Below are positions 25,875-37,995 of a stretch of 64,000 nt of DNA, piece by piece; position 1 is the stretch's first letter; each line of letters starts with the position of its first letter. Below the pieces are notes generated by a model that was given only the letters and a program-made list of their open reading frames with translations, was not told the DNA's origin and ran no database searches. A program made the position numbers and the translations under genes. The DNA is from Lama guanicoe (taxonomy: Eukaryota): assembly GCA_013239625.1 (NCBI GenBank), contig MU054220.1, positions 5,378,626 through 5,442,625 of the forward strand, written 5' to 3'.

Positions 25875-26332
25875 TGTCATGGATATCTGCACTTTTCTCC
25901 CCTTTGCATCTTGCTCTTTGCCCTAGGATCCTGGCCTGTGTGAGTTACATGTACAAAAGCTTTTGTATCTCCTGGCTATAGGTAGAGTGTAGCCAATGAG
26001 GAGAAACCAGAATACATCCCTCTAGTTCCTTTACTATGAGGTCACCTAGGGCTGGCTGTGTATGTGAAAGACCTTTGCTCTTCTCAGTGTAGCTTGTTCT
26101 TCATAATTGTGTTATTCTGAGTTCTTTAGGTAATCATTCCCATCTTACATCTTTTCCGGCTAAGAGTGATCATAGTCATGATGCTGATAGCTTCAGGTCC
26201 TGCACTCTCTCTTGTGGGTCCTCTACTCCCACCCACACCTTTGTAATTAGTCCCTTGGTAAATCAGATCCCCTCGGAATTACTTTAATTTGAGTATTCCA
26301 TCTGTTTCTGCTTGGGATGCTGAACAGGTACA
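25875..26332 (+). mobile_element. LTR33A-like ERVL solo LTR
   Basis: TG...CA termini; cccacacctttgtaattagtccc...aatttgagtattccatctgtttc. Confidence 0.7.
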
Positions 26333-27794
26333 CTTGTGCTTGATAATGAATTCATAAAAGGACATGTTTATGTTGAAATAGTTGCCTCATCTATATGGAA
26401 TACTTTAAATTTTTAAAGTTTTCCTTATTCACACAATAACGTCTTGAGGTAGGCAGGTCAGGTGACGTGATTCCAATTTTGTAAAGAAAACCAAGCCTTG
26501 GATACAAAATAGATGTCTCAGGTCCCACAACCAACAGGCCACTCTTGAACCTAAATCTTCTGACTTCAATAGCTGTATATTTATTCTATCACACTTTGAT
26601 TTATTGGAAATAAATTAATTTGATTAAAGGGATTATATTTTACTTTCTCTTTTATCTCTAAACCAATAGCTAGGTCTTATAGGAGTAAGTGTAAACAGAT
26701 ACAGTTCTCCATTAGATAGATGCAACAGACATGTGGTAACATCCAAACAGAAAGAAAAATTATGTAAATGGGCAAATAATGAATCTACATTCTGCACATG
26801 AAGAGCCACCTTAGATAGACTGCAAAAATGGGGGACAAAAATGATTATAGATATGTTTGTACATCTTAAAACAGCAAACAATTCAATATGATTTATGTAG
26901 TTGAGATAGGCTAAAAACCTAACTAGTATAATAGCTGAGTCATTTGTCTTAGCAAGTATCTTGTTATTGGCAATCAGTAATGCAGCCGAGATGACTGATG
27001 GCTTTGTTTTCTTGCAGTGCCTCAGCTGGTCTAAATTATTTATTTGACATATTGCCTCTTGGCAGATGTAAGGAAACTACTGATAATATGTTTGCATTGC
27101 TTGGATGTACATCTGAGAGAGAAAAATGGGTATTTCCTTCCTGTCCCTGGTCTTTGGGCATATTATATATGTAATGATATGTTTTGTAGAATTGTCATGT
27201 CATCTATTACATGTATTGGGAAGAATGAGACTGTGAGGTTTTAAAAGTGCTATTTCTGGTTGTCTAAGAGCAGACATTCATTGGCAGATGTCTGACTTCT
27301 TCCCAGCCACAGTGAATGTATATGGGCCCAGGGCCCAGGGCTTTATATCCCACACTCTATTGTGATTTATAGGTTAAGATGTCTTTCTTTCCCAATAGAC
27401 AGAGAGGTCCTTGAGGACAAGAACTGTGTCTTATTTATCTTTGTAATCCCAGTGCCTGGCACAAAGTCTTATAGTTATTTAAGTTGATGAATGAAATCAG
27501 GAATGAATGAATCAGGCAAAGAATTTATACCCTTTGCCTTAGGTTTAGAAGTTATTAACCTTATTCAATAAAGTACTGCTTTGGAAAGAGGCATAAACTA
27601 AATGTCAGATTTTTTTTTTTGGAATCTCAGTGACAATAGACAGTTCTCTAACCAGTTTAAACTTCAGTCTTCTTTATGCAAAATAGGAAATAGAATACTT
27701 TCTTTGTAGTGTTATTATGGGAATTCAAATGTAATAATGAACTTGAAAAACTTTGTGAACTCTGATTGACCTTATAAATAAGAAATTTATGTGA

Positions 27795-27983
27795 GGGTGG
27801 TGGTTTACTGATATAAAAACAATAGTAACAAAAAACCTAGCTCTGATTTGTAGCATTTGCCAATTTCTATGGTATTACTCCCGCATGGATGATTTCAAAC
27901 TAACAAAGTTTTGAAAAAACAGCTTACAAAATTCCTGAATACTTAATAACTGGCTCTTGTGAACTGTCTTTTAGACACCATTG
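27795..27983 (-). mobile_element. MER63-like hAT MITE
   Basis: ctctgatttgtagcatttgccaatttctatggt...aaaattcctgaatacttaataactggctc. Confidence 0.75.
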
Positions 27984-28624
27984 GGTGAGAGGAAGGGATA
28001 TGGCTTAGATGAGCAAGAAATGTGATGCTCTTAGTATTTGTTGGCATATGGAGGAGAGTTCTGTATTTTAAGAGAGGGAAAAAATAGCAGGAAATTTCTG
28101 GCAGGAATAGACTGAGACTTCAGATCTGTGCTAAGTTATCAATATGACATTGTTGTAGTGATTATTTTAGTGACAGAGAGGTACCTAGAAATTGTTTCAC
28201 CCTTAACAGAATTTTTGGGGACCAAAATTGAATGATTCATTTTACAAATGTTTATTTATCTTGGGTGGGCAGAGGGTCACTGCTGAAAAAGTACAAAAAT
28301 GGGGAATCATGAGATGATTTGGGATTCAAGGAATAGTTTCACATTGGCCTTTTTTAGGGAAAAGGGGATATAATGGAAGAGCACCTTGGTCCTGACCAGG
28401 AGACATCCGAATCTGGGATGGCTCTACGGATATCTCTTCTCTTGATCCTTACGATTCCTCATGGTTCCTGTTTCTCTCTAACTGTCTTCATCTTTTCTGT
28501 ACTTTGAATAATGTAGACGCAATTATGTTACAGGTTACAGTTCTAGTTGATGGGCTTTTCTTACCCTAATCTATGTGGATAGGGACATATCAAGTTTCTT
28601 GTGACCAAAGTTCATGTGCAAGTC

Positions 28625-29019
28625 AGGAAGTGTTTTCAGCATGCATTAGAATCACCTGGAGAGTCAGTGAAAATCAGATTCTGGGAATACAACTAGAGTC
28701 ACTATAATTCAATATCCTGGGGTGGACCCCAGGAAAATAAGCAACTTTGATGATCTGGTGCAGGCGGTTGGAAAAAGACATTTGGAAAAATCCTGACAGT
28801 CTTTAAATACCTTACCTTTCATGGTTGGACTTTATCTTCTAGGTCAGTGGTTCTCAACTTTGGCTGCACATTGGAATCACTTGGGAGCTTTTAAAGAAAG
28901 TACTGGTGCTTGACATTCAAAAAATTCGGATTTAATTGATCTGGGTTGTGGTCTAGCATGAGGATTTTTTAAAAGCTCCTCAAGTGACTCTAATGTGCAA
29001 CCAAGTTTGAAAACCATTG
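28625..29019. mobile_element. Two MER5-type hAT-Charlie MITEs (~28625-28800 and 28845-29019)
   Basis: Second copy has TIRs cagtggttctcaactttggctgcacattgga / ctaatgtgcaaccaagtttgaaaaccattg; both have gaatcac(c/t)tgg. Confidence 0.8.
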
Positions 29020-29724
29020 TGCTGTGGGGAGCCTCTGAAGGGTTTTAAGCAGGTTAAGCTATTTAAGAGTGAGACAGTCAATTTTGCATTGGAATTATGC
29101 TAACGGCCAAGTAGAGAAGGGAACTGAGAGCTGTAATACTGGTAGTTTTGAACAGAAATGAAAGGACAGGACATTGGGACCAGAAAGTGGGATACTCAAA
29201 TTTAAGATTTCAAAGGTAGAGGACAAGTTCAGTTGAATACAAGAAATGGAGTGTGGGCATGGGATTGGGCCGTTGAATTAGAAAATAAGTGAAGGTCATT
29301 GGAGTTAAGATCAATGAACAGAGAAGCTGGGCTATCTGATAGTGCCAAGGAGGGATAGAAGGGCTAGAGTCACGTTTAAGAGCCTCAAAGAAAGATCCTT
29401 TTTACACAAGAATGAAAGAGTAATGGTCTGCAGGTAGGATATCATGAAACAAGAAGTATTCTGACCCTGGATGGTGACTTAGAGAAGTAGGTGACTGTGT
29501 GTATGAGAGAGAAGGGAAAAAAGAGGAAAGGAAAAGTTTGGAGAGGAGTTGCTGTGGGTATGGTTATCTAAGAGAGAGACAGATATTAGTTAAGTCAAGA
29601 GTTGGAGAGAATATTCTGGGATAAGATACACTTTTTAAAGATTGAAAGTTTTAGAGGGTGTATTAGAAATGCAGAATGAAGACTGAGTTTGGGGTTGGAT
29701 GGAACAATTGGTAGTCATTAGGAC

Positions 29725-30888
29725 TGCTCACAAGTATTATAGTTCTCTCTTCTTCAGGGCACCTGGCATAATTGCACTTTCCATCTTCTGGAATTAAGGA
29801 TGTTCCTGTGTCTTGCTGGGACCAACATGACAAGTGAACAGAAGTGATATTTGTTACTTCTTGGTGGAATCTTTAAGAGCTTGTTCACAATTTACCATAA
29901 CCGCTTCTCTCTGCCTTGGCAACCATTGACATTCTAAATACTGAAGCCACATTAGCCTGGTATCCTGGACCAGGGCCCTCTGCTGATCTGTGATAGACAT
30001 AAAGCAGGAACAGGGACTGAACTTTTGTGTTTTTAAAACCACTGAAATTTTGAATCTGTGGGTTGCCTCAGCATAACATAGCTTTTTCCTAACTGGTACA
30101 GAAATTGGTGCCTGTCATTTGAAAAAGTTAAATATACATGGCATTTGTTTAGGGTCTTAATGGTTAAAAAATAAGGAACTGCTTCAAAGCCTGGAAGAGT
30201 GACAATCCATGCTATTCTGTGCTAAATAAAGCATTTGGTAAAACTTGAGGTGACTTGGGAGGCAGACCATGTACTGATGAATGTGTAGGTCCAGGGTAAA
30301 AGCTCAGAGAACAAAGCTTTAGTATCATGTTGTAGATGTAGATGTAGTTGTAGATGGCTAACTTGGCAGGGCCGGGGCGGGGGAGGGTGGGTGGAGAGAA
30401 AGGCAGATGTGCAAGCAGAAATGAAATGAAATAAAATATATACACAGAAAAGTATTGCATGGTTAGAAGAGTAAACTACTTTCCAATTCCAAACAGAAAA
30501 AGATAAAATTGAGAAAACTTTGGAACAGAATTAAAAAAAAAAAACAATTAAAACTCAACATTGGAGCAGACATCAAATTAAAAGTTTAGCTATCACACCT
30601 ATTGTAGATTGGTTTACCTCAAAGTAAAGGTCCAACTAAGAATTTGCTGCCCAATGATGTGGTATAATACGGCACAGAGGTCCTTTGTGGATAGGGTACC
30701 CGACTGTCCTAGCTTTCTGGAACTTTCAGTGCAAAAACTGTGAAAGTCCAAGACAGACTGAAAAGAATCTATGATGAACATCTTGTCTGAATGAGAAATA
30801 AACCTTTGTCCTTTGTGGTTTTAAGCTACTGAATATTTTGGCATGGCTTGTTCCTGTAACGCCGACTAGCCTATTTTGACTGCTGCAG
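29725..30888 (+). mobile_element. MLT1 (I/J-like) LTR plus internal remnant plus partial second LTR
   Basis: LTR ends ...taactggtaca at 30100 followed by gaaattggtgcc (MaLR internal start); second LTR 3' end gagaaataaacctttg...ctattttgactgctgca at ~30770-30888. Confidence 0.65.
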
Positions 30889-30916
30889 GAAGAGAGGAAT
30901 AGATGTGGGGAGCTAC

Positions 30917-31341
30917 CCAGAGCACTTTTTTTTTTTTTGCAGAAATATTCAATTTTATGTTTTATTTAAAGTACCAATATGTTTATAATTTGTTATTCTA
31001 AATAAAATCAATGATAAAGAAGACATAGCTAACCTTTGTGTCATTTGGGAGGATTCTAGTATATAATCCCTTCTCCCATTTGAAGATAACATTCAACTGA
31101 TACAGTGTCGGAGGGGAGAGTGTGTTTCCTTCCATAATAGAATCTGAACAGGGCAGATCCTCCTTCTCCCCATGGCTTCATAGCAGGACACAAGCAGCCA
31201 CAAGACCTAGTCTCTGCCAGCTGGACCTTCATATCTGGGGCTTTGAGTTCTTTAATGAAAAGAGGGATAGGATTTATTCCTGCTATCTGTGAGAGTGATC
31301 AGCAGCAGTGAAAGGCTTTCCTTGCCAGAGCACTCTTTTTT
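30917..31341 (-). pseudogene. Retroposed 3' end of an unidentified polyadenylated RNA, with TSDs
   Basis: T13 at 30926-30938; TTTATT at 30961-30966; direct repeats ccagagcact(t/c)tttttt at 30917-30933 and 31325-31341. Confidence 0.8.
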
Positions 31342-32133
31342 GACCACAGATGAAGTATGAGTATAAATTCACACACAAACTTTTGGATGCACATCTATTG
31401 CATGATATGTGGTATTTTTACCCAAGAAATTTTTTGGGTCTTAGCACTCCGTGGTCAGGTAGAGGTTTCTGGACCAGTTTGAACTGATTGGAGAAAGCAT
31501 TCGTTGTTGCATTTGTAGCCTCCCTTTGGAGGATAACCTTAGGCTCGGAATTACAGTGATTGAATGTGAATGAGATCTGGGACTTTTTATTTTTATTTAC
31601 TTTTCTTGTTCAAATGAAATGAATATGCATTGTACTGGGAAGGCAGACAGGGCTATTACCAGTGCAGCTGAGAACAATTAGTTCTTATTTGCTTAACACC
31701 ATTTCTTAATGTGCAATTGTAAAACTTTTCACAGGATGTTTTAAATGTAATCAATTTTTCATTGCTGCTCCTAATAATTCAAAGAGCCTGACATTTGCAA
31801 TCAAGCCAACTGTGGTCGATACCCATTTTCTCTTAGTTAAATAAGGAATTTAACTCAATGACACAAGTGGTGGCTTCTGGAACGAATTCTGTGTATTTAT
31901 GCTTTTGTGAGGACTACACCAGTTGCATGAGTTTGCAGGCTAGACTGTCAAGTATCACAGGGCCAGTAGTGCTTACTGTCATCAGTCCCCTCAGAGCTCA
32001 CAATCCAGCCCTACTACTTCTCAGATGTGTGCACTTTGGTAACTTGCTTTTCTGTACCTCAGTTTCCTCACTTATAAAATGAGGAAGAACTTCTTTCATA
32101 GAGTTGTATTAGGATTAAATGAAATGATGCATT

Positions 32134-32800
32134 GTTAATCAGGATATATTACTCACTATTAGCTACAAGTGACAAAAATCCAACCTAAACCAACAAAAAC
32201 TAAAAAGGAATTTAGGGGTTTGACAGGATTTGGGACATGTTACTGCCAAATGTGGCACTTTGGCATATTGAATATTTTAAATTGAAGGAATCTGAGGAAA
32301 AGCAGGTGCAGGAAGGACTTTCTGACATTCCCCTGAAGCAAGTCACAAGACCCTTATGTTGGAGATGCCCTCACTATACCTGGAGGAAAGGAGCATCCTT
32401 ATCTCCAAAGATGGAGGGACCAAGAGGAATTTGAACAAACAGGCTTTGCTAAGTTTCCCCTAGGTTACTGCTCTTGACTCATACTTCTCTGTGCCATCAC
32501 ATTTTTCCATGTCTTTCCACTCTTCATCAAAACTAGTAGAAAAACACTTGAATTGTTTCTGTGGGTCTTTATTTCCTTATGAAGACTCCTGTGTTGGTTA
32601 TAGCTTATATTAAATTTGTATGCTGTTCCCTTGTTAATCTGTCTTCTGTTACAGGGACCCAGCCAAGATGGGTAAAGGAAAGATACTTTCCTTTCCTTCA
32701 GGCTCCTGTAGGAAGCGCATCTACAGTTTTTCTGATTTCAGAGATAGCTGGATCCAGGCGATCAAATGATGTTGCGATCCTCTTTCTGCTGTTTGTATTA
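32134..32800 (-). mobile_element. MLT1K-like LTR split by a MER34-like LTR
   Basis: caagtgacaaaaatccaacctaaac...aaggaattt | ggctcctgta...agctggatccaggcgatcaaatgatgt. Confidence 0.65.
32221..32700 (+). mobile_element. MER34A-like ERV1 solo LTR
   Basis: TG...CA termini; tggcactttggcatattgaatattttaa...aacaaacaggctttgctaagtttcccc...cttgttaatctgtct. Confidence 0.75.
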
Positions 32801-32996
32801 ATATTTGTTGGTTTCATGGTCTCTTTTCAGATCAGGTTCTAAATCAGGGATACCAAACAGGTCTGGAAACATGAAGAAGAAAAGAGTTTTGGGGGAAAAT
32901 AAACAGAAAAATGGCAACTTTAATGAATTTTTCAATAGTTCTCAGGGGTTTACCTTCACACTACTTCTTTGAACATCTCTTCATCATATTCTAAGC

Positions 32997-33201
32997 CATA
33001 GATCAGCAAACTACAGCCAGCCAGTAGGGCCATACCTGGCCTGCTGCCTGTTTTAGTAGGTGGAGTGTTATTGGAATACAACCACACTTGCTCATTTAGG
33101 ACTGTCTATGGCTGCTTTTATGCAACAGTGACATTGTTGATTAGCTGTGACAGCAACAGTGTTTACTACCTGGCCATTTCCAGAAAAATTTTGCTGGCCC
33201 T
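32997..33201 (+). mobile_element. MER58A-like hAT MITE
   Basis: gatcagcaaactacagcc...ttattggaatacaaccacac...cagaaaaattttgctggccc. Confidence 0.8.
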
Positions 33202-33324
33202 TTACAGAAAAAGGTTTATACAAGTGGTCTTCAAAATGGCTTATTTACCAAGTAGTATGCAAGACAACCCATTGGGAAAACAGAAAAATATATATCAGCT
33301 TGTAATTTTTCTCATTGTCCTTCT

Positions 33325-33850
33325 TTAAATATCAGCTTTATTGAGGTATAACTGACATTAAAATTGTAAGATATTTAAATTGCACATTGTGGTGATTTTA
33401 TATATGTATATATTGCGGAAAGATCTAGTTAACATTCATTACCTCACATATTTATCTTTCTTTTTTTTTGGGTGACAGTTAAGTTCTACTCAAATTTCAA
33501 TTATATAATACTGTGTTATCAACTATAGCCAACACGTTATACATTAGATCCTTAGACCTTATTCATCTTATAGCTGAAAATTTGTACCTTTTTACCAATT
33601 TCTCCTTTTTTCCCCCCACCCCACTTCAGCCTCTGGCAACCACGTCTACTTTCTGTTTCTAGGAGTTTGACCTTTTTTTAGATTCTATATATAAGTGTTA
33701 CCATGCAGTATTTGTATTTGTCTGTCTGGTTTATTTCATTTAATGTAATGCCCTTCAGGTCCATATATGTTATCACAAGTGGCAAGATTTCCTTTTATCC
33801 CATGGCTGAGTAATATTCCATTGTTTAGGTATACCACGCCTTCTTTATCT
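33325..33850 (-). mobile_element. L1MA9-like 3' end
   Basis: cagctttattgaggtataactgac...tacattagatccttagaccttattcatc...ggctgagtaatattccattg. Confidence 0.85.
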
Positions 33851-33915
33851 CAGTTTCTCATTTTCTTTCTAAAATATTTGAAGAGTAAGCTTTTATAATA
33901 CTTACTATATATCTT

Positions 33916-34150
33916 AAAATTTTTTGTATATACGTATTTTTATTGACATATAGTCAATGTCACACAATTTACAATATTGTGTCAATTTCTGGTGTACAGC
34001 ATAATGCTTCAGTCATACATGAACATACATATATTCGTTTTATATTCTTTTTCACCATAAGTTACTACAAGATATTGAATATAGTTCCCTGCACTATACA
34101 ATATGAACTTGCTGTTTATCTATTTTATATATATTAATATCTGCAAATCT
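33916..34150 (-). mobile_element. Camelid/artiodactyl-type L1 3' end
   Basis: gtgtcaatttctggtgtacagcat...gatattgaatatagttccctg; 11-bp TSD ctatatatctt at 33905-33915 and 34151-34161. Confidence 0.85.
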
Positions 34151-34169
34151 CTATATATCTTGATAGTAT

Positions 34170-34430
34170 TTAGTAAATGTATATAACTAAAATGTATATA
34201 TTTAATGTATAATATATAATATTTGTATAATATGACATATACATTTTATTAAATACAGAGCTATATATATTTATATTAAACATGTAAATATATATTTGTA
34301 TTAAATGTGTAAATTACATTTAATATATTTGTTATATATTAACAATATATAGATATATAAATATTAACAATATATAATATTTATGTCCTTAATCTAATAT
34401 ATATGTGTCTAAATATATATATGTATAGTA
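34170..34430. repeat. AT-rich / degenerate (TA)n low-complexity tract
   Basis: Direct inspection. Confidence 0.9.
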
Positions 34431-37089
34431 TTAGACAGAGAGAGAAAAAAAAGAACTCAAAATTCTGTACCACTGCTACATTACTTTAGAACAATATGCC
34501 TGTATTTAACTCCACTCTCCTTCCCATCCCAACTGGATATATGTATTTGTTCCTAGTGAGACCTGTGTCTCTCACCCTTGCATGATGAGGTGGTATGCTA
34601 AGTCTGTTCATTTAGAGATAGATGTAAAATAATATAAATTCAGCAGAAGGAGGAGTAAAGGAGGCAGGCTGTGTCTCTGATTATTCAAGTCAGGCACATT
34701 GTAGAAGCATCAAAAGAATAAGCAATCAGATCTGTCTTATTTCTGAATTTTAAAAGAGAATAGTGTTTCTATTCATCATTTATCTTGCCTGGGATTTGAA
34801 CAAATACAGGATTTCTGGCAGCAATTATTGATTTTTCAATATTTATAGAAAATGATACATGTTCTGCCAAATGTGATATTTAGGAAGTGAGGTGAGTTCT
34901 GTAAATCCAGTGGATTGGTGATTGTGCTACCAGGACAATTTGTAAAATATGTTAAAGCTGATTAATGAGAAACAGAAATGTTGATGAGTTTATTTAAGTG
35001 AAGGGATAAAGGGGTGTTGGAATTTAGTGGGAATACCTCAGGCTTAATTCTACAAGGACTGGCTGGGCTCAGACCATGGAAGCCTGGATCAACCCTTCAT
35101 CCTCCTGGAAAGATTTGGTTATGGGGCAATGAAACCTCTACTGGGGAGCAGTAGGTATGTTCTAGGAGGGGGACATATTTCCTGATGTTCTTTCTGTCAG
35201 TCTGGCTCTCTTTTTCTGTAGGATTTGTCTGGATCTGTTGAATTTCTCCCTCTCTTAAAATATGCATATGTGCATGAGAGAGAAAAACTATCCTTATGTG
35301 GTGAAGGTTGCTTAAGAAACATGGACCTATTTGCATAAGGGGTTGAGAGAAAAGGTGTAGATCCTAAATCTTCATTCATGGAACCTCTTGAAGTGGGTGA
35401 ACCAGGTTAACTCAAATCAATTCCAGGGCAAGCATTGGCCCCAAGGCTTCTGCTATAAAACTTCCACCAGAGAGAAGAGATAAGGGCCAGCAGACTGGCT
35501 CTTGCACTGAATCTGTTGAAAGGGGCAGGGAGGAAGAGCAATTAGTCTTTGGCAAAACGATGGTCCAAGTTCTTTCTTAGTCCTGCCCATCTCTCTATGG
35601 CAAACTTGTGCCCTGGGGAAATGGAGAGAGAAACCTGTTCCAGAGTTGTGATACTGGAAACCTAGGTCAATTTTGGTGTGGATCACTTGACTATTACAAA
35701 TGAGGAAACATTTTTTTCCTCTCATAAATTGAAGAACATTTATATTCCTGGCAAGGAGTTGTATAAGTATAAGGGAATAGATGAGGAGATCTGACATCAG
35801 CCTCCTTGTTTCAGGTGAGGTAGGCAGCCCAGAGCATCTAGCCAATGGCTTTTTCCCAAGTAACCAAGTTTGTACAGTTGTTGTGGGATGTACCAGCCAC
35901 AAGGAGGCACCACTGAGCTGTGGCTCTTGTGCTGAAGCAAAAGAAATTAACTTTTTTTTTTTTTTTTGAGATGTGGATTCTGGGACAAGCAGGAGAAAGA
36001 GGTGCTGCATAGGGAAGGACTAGAGTTCTTGCTTGTATGGGTAGGTGGGGGACATGAGTTGAAGCCATTGTTCCCACCCCTTTTATAAAGTGGGACACTA
36101 CATTCACTTGTAGTATGCCATGCAGTGCTATGCTAGCTTGTAAGCTTTTGAATTAGACGTGTGAAATGTGTAATGATAGGCTTACTCAAGTGTACAATGA
36201 GGAACAGTTGAGAAGAGCCCATGATCTTGGGGCATAGTCAAGAAAGGCTTCTTGGAATAGAATATCAGAACTGATTCTTAGCAGGAGGTAAGAGGACTGG
36301 GGTTGTGTCCAAACAGAGAGCCCACTTGTGAGAAAGAACAGACGTATCATAAAGTAATGTGACTCAGTGCAAACAGTTTGTTATGACGGGAAGACGGCTC
36401 TGTGGGAGAGTAGCACCCAACTGGAGTTCTTACAAAGAAGAAAAAGTTTAGGTCATCAGAAAAAAGACCTTGTATGCCAAGCTGAGAAGTTTGGATGTTA
36501 GACAAAAAGCAGTGAGGAACCATTGAAAGATTTTGTAAAAGGGTAATATCATTGCATTTTTACTTCATCAAGTTAATATTGTTATGCATTAAGATAAATT
36601 GAAGATCTCGAGTCGAGGTAATCCTGTGGGTGAGAAACGTGGTAATCAGGATTTGTTATCAAACCTTACGCACACTCTCTGTAGCGCTAATCATGTGCTC
36701 TGGGATTTGGACAAATAATATGCTTGTCTGTGCAGAAGAAATCCCATGTACCAATCTCAGACCAGATAATTGAGATAATTTAGATATGAAACCCAATGTG
36801 TTTAACTTCTTGACCTATTCGGCCCTAACTGATGTTCTTTCTTCTCGGCTACTCATATGTCTACTTTTGCCCCTTCACAGTATTAACTTGGGTATTGACT
36901 CACTGTATATTCTCATTGGGTCCCAGGATTCAGGATAAGTCTAAAATTATGAATGTAAAGTAAAAAACATTGTCTTCTAGTCAATGATGTAATATGATTT
37001 CTCCCTTTATGCTACATAAGACTATAATTGCAAGTCTTATTTCTAACCCAGTGTGCTCATTTCTTTCTGGACAGTTTATGAAAAGCTAT

Positions 37090-37230
37090 TTTCTGAGGTC
37101 AGTCTGGGAGAATCACAGTATACATTAATGCATGCTAAAGGCTCTGAGAAGTCCTGCAGGAAGACTCTGGCTTTGCTTTTTAAATCAGGATTTTTCAAAC
37201 TTACTGGATCAAGTAATCTCTTATGTAAGT
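37090..37230. mobile_element. MER103-like hAT-Charlie fragment
   Basis: taaaggctctgagaagtcctgcag...tttttcaaacttactgga. Confidence 0.6.
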
Positions 37231-37764
37231 AGTCTATTAAATTTTGCAGAACCAGAGTTTCAGATAATGCATAGAAGACAGTCTCAAACACTGAGACTTT
37301 CTGTCTTATATGATTTATTTATAATTAAAATATTAATATAAGTGCCAGATACCCAAGGATCAAGCAGACCTTTCTTGCATTGAACCTCTTGGTTATTCAG
37401 TGATCCTTCCAGGCTCTTGGGTAACATTGAACTGTCTGGCACCTAGGAAGCAGAAAAAGGATACTCTGAATAATTGAAGCCAGTTCCACTCTTACAGAAA
37501 TGCAAGTGGCAATACTAAGCATTCATGACAAAAGCCCAAGAGTTAATGACAAAAATGAATCCTGATTTGTTAATAGAGATGGGGAAGAGATACAGACTGT
37601 GAAGTTTGGGTTTTGTTTTCTGGTCTGAACACTCTGGACCAGGTGTACTCCTTGGCTGTATGTACATGGATAGGGCACCTGCATTATGCAGTCGGGGCTG
37701 TGAAATGCCACTGAGCTGAAAGGGTTAAAAATCCAACCTACAGACATTGTTGATTTCAAAGGCA

Positions 37765-37995
37765 GAGTAATACAGTGTTTAAAAGCACAGACTCTCACCC
37801 AAATGGTCCAGCACTCCCACTTATTAGCTATGTGACCCTGGACACATTAACTTTTGTGTCTCAATTTTCTTCTCTGTAAAATGGGGCAAATTATAATGCC
37901 TATGGCCTAGAGTTGTTGAAAGGACTGAATGAGTTAATGCACATGAAGTTCTGAATATAGTGCCTGGCACATAAAAACTGTTTTGTATATGTTTG
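37765..37995 (+). mobile_element. MIR SINE, near full length
   Basis: ccacttattagctatgtgaccctgg...ctgtaaaatgggg...agtgcctggcacata. Confidence 0.85.

Noticed and set aside
28845..29019. Long hairpin as pre-miRNA or structured ncRNA
   Set aside because: Explained by the terminal inverted repeats of a MER5-type MITE
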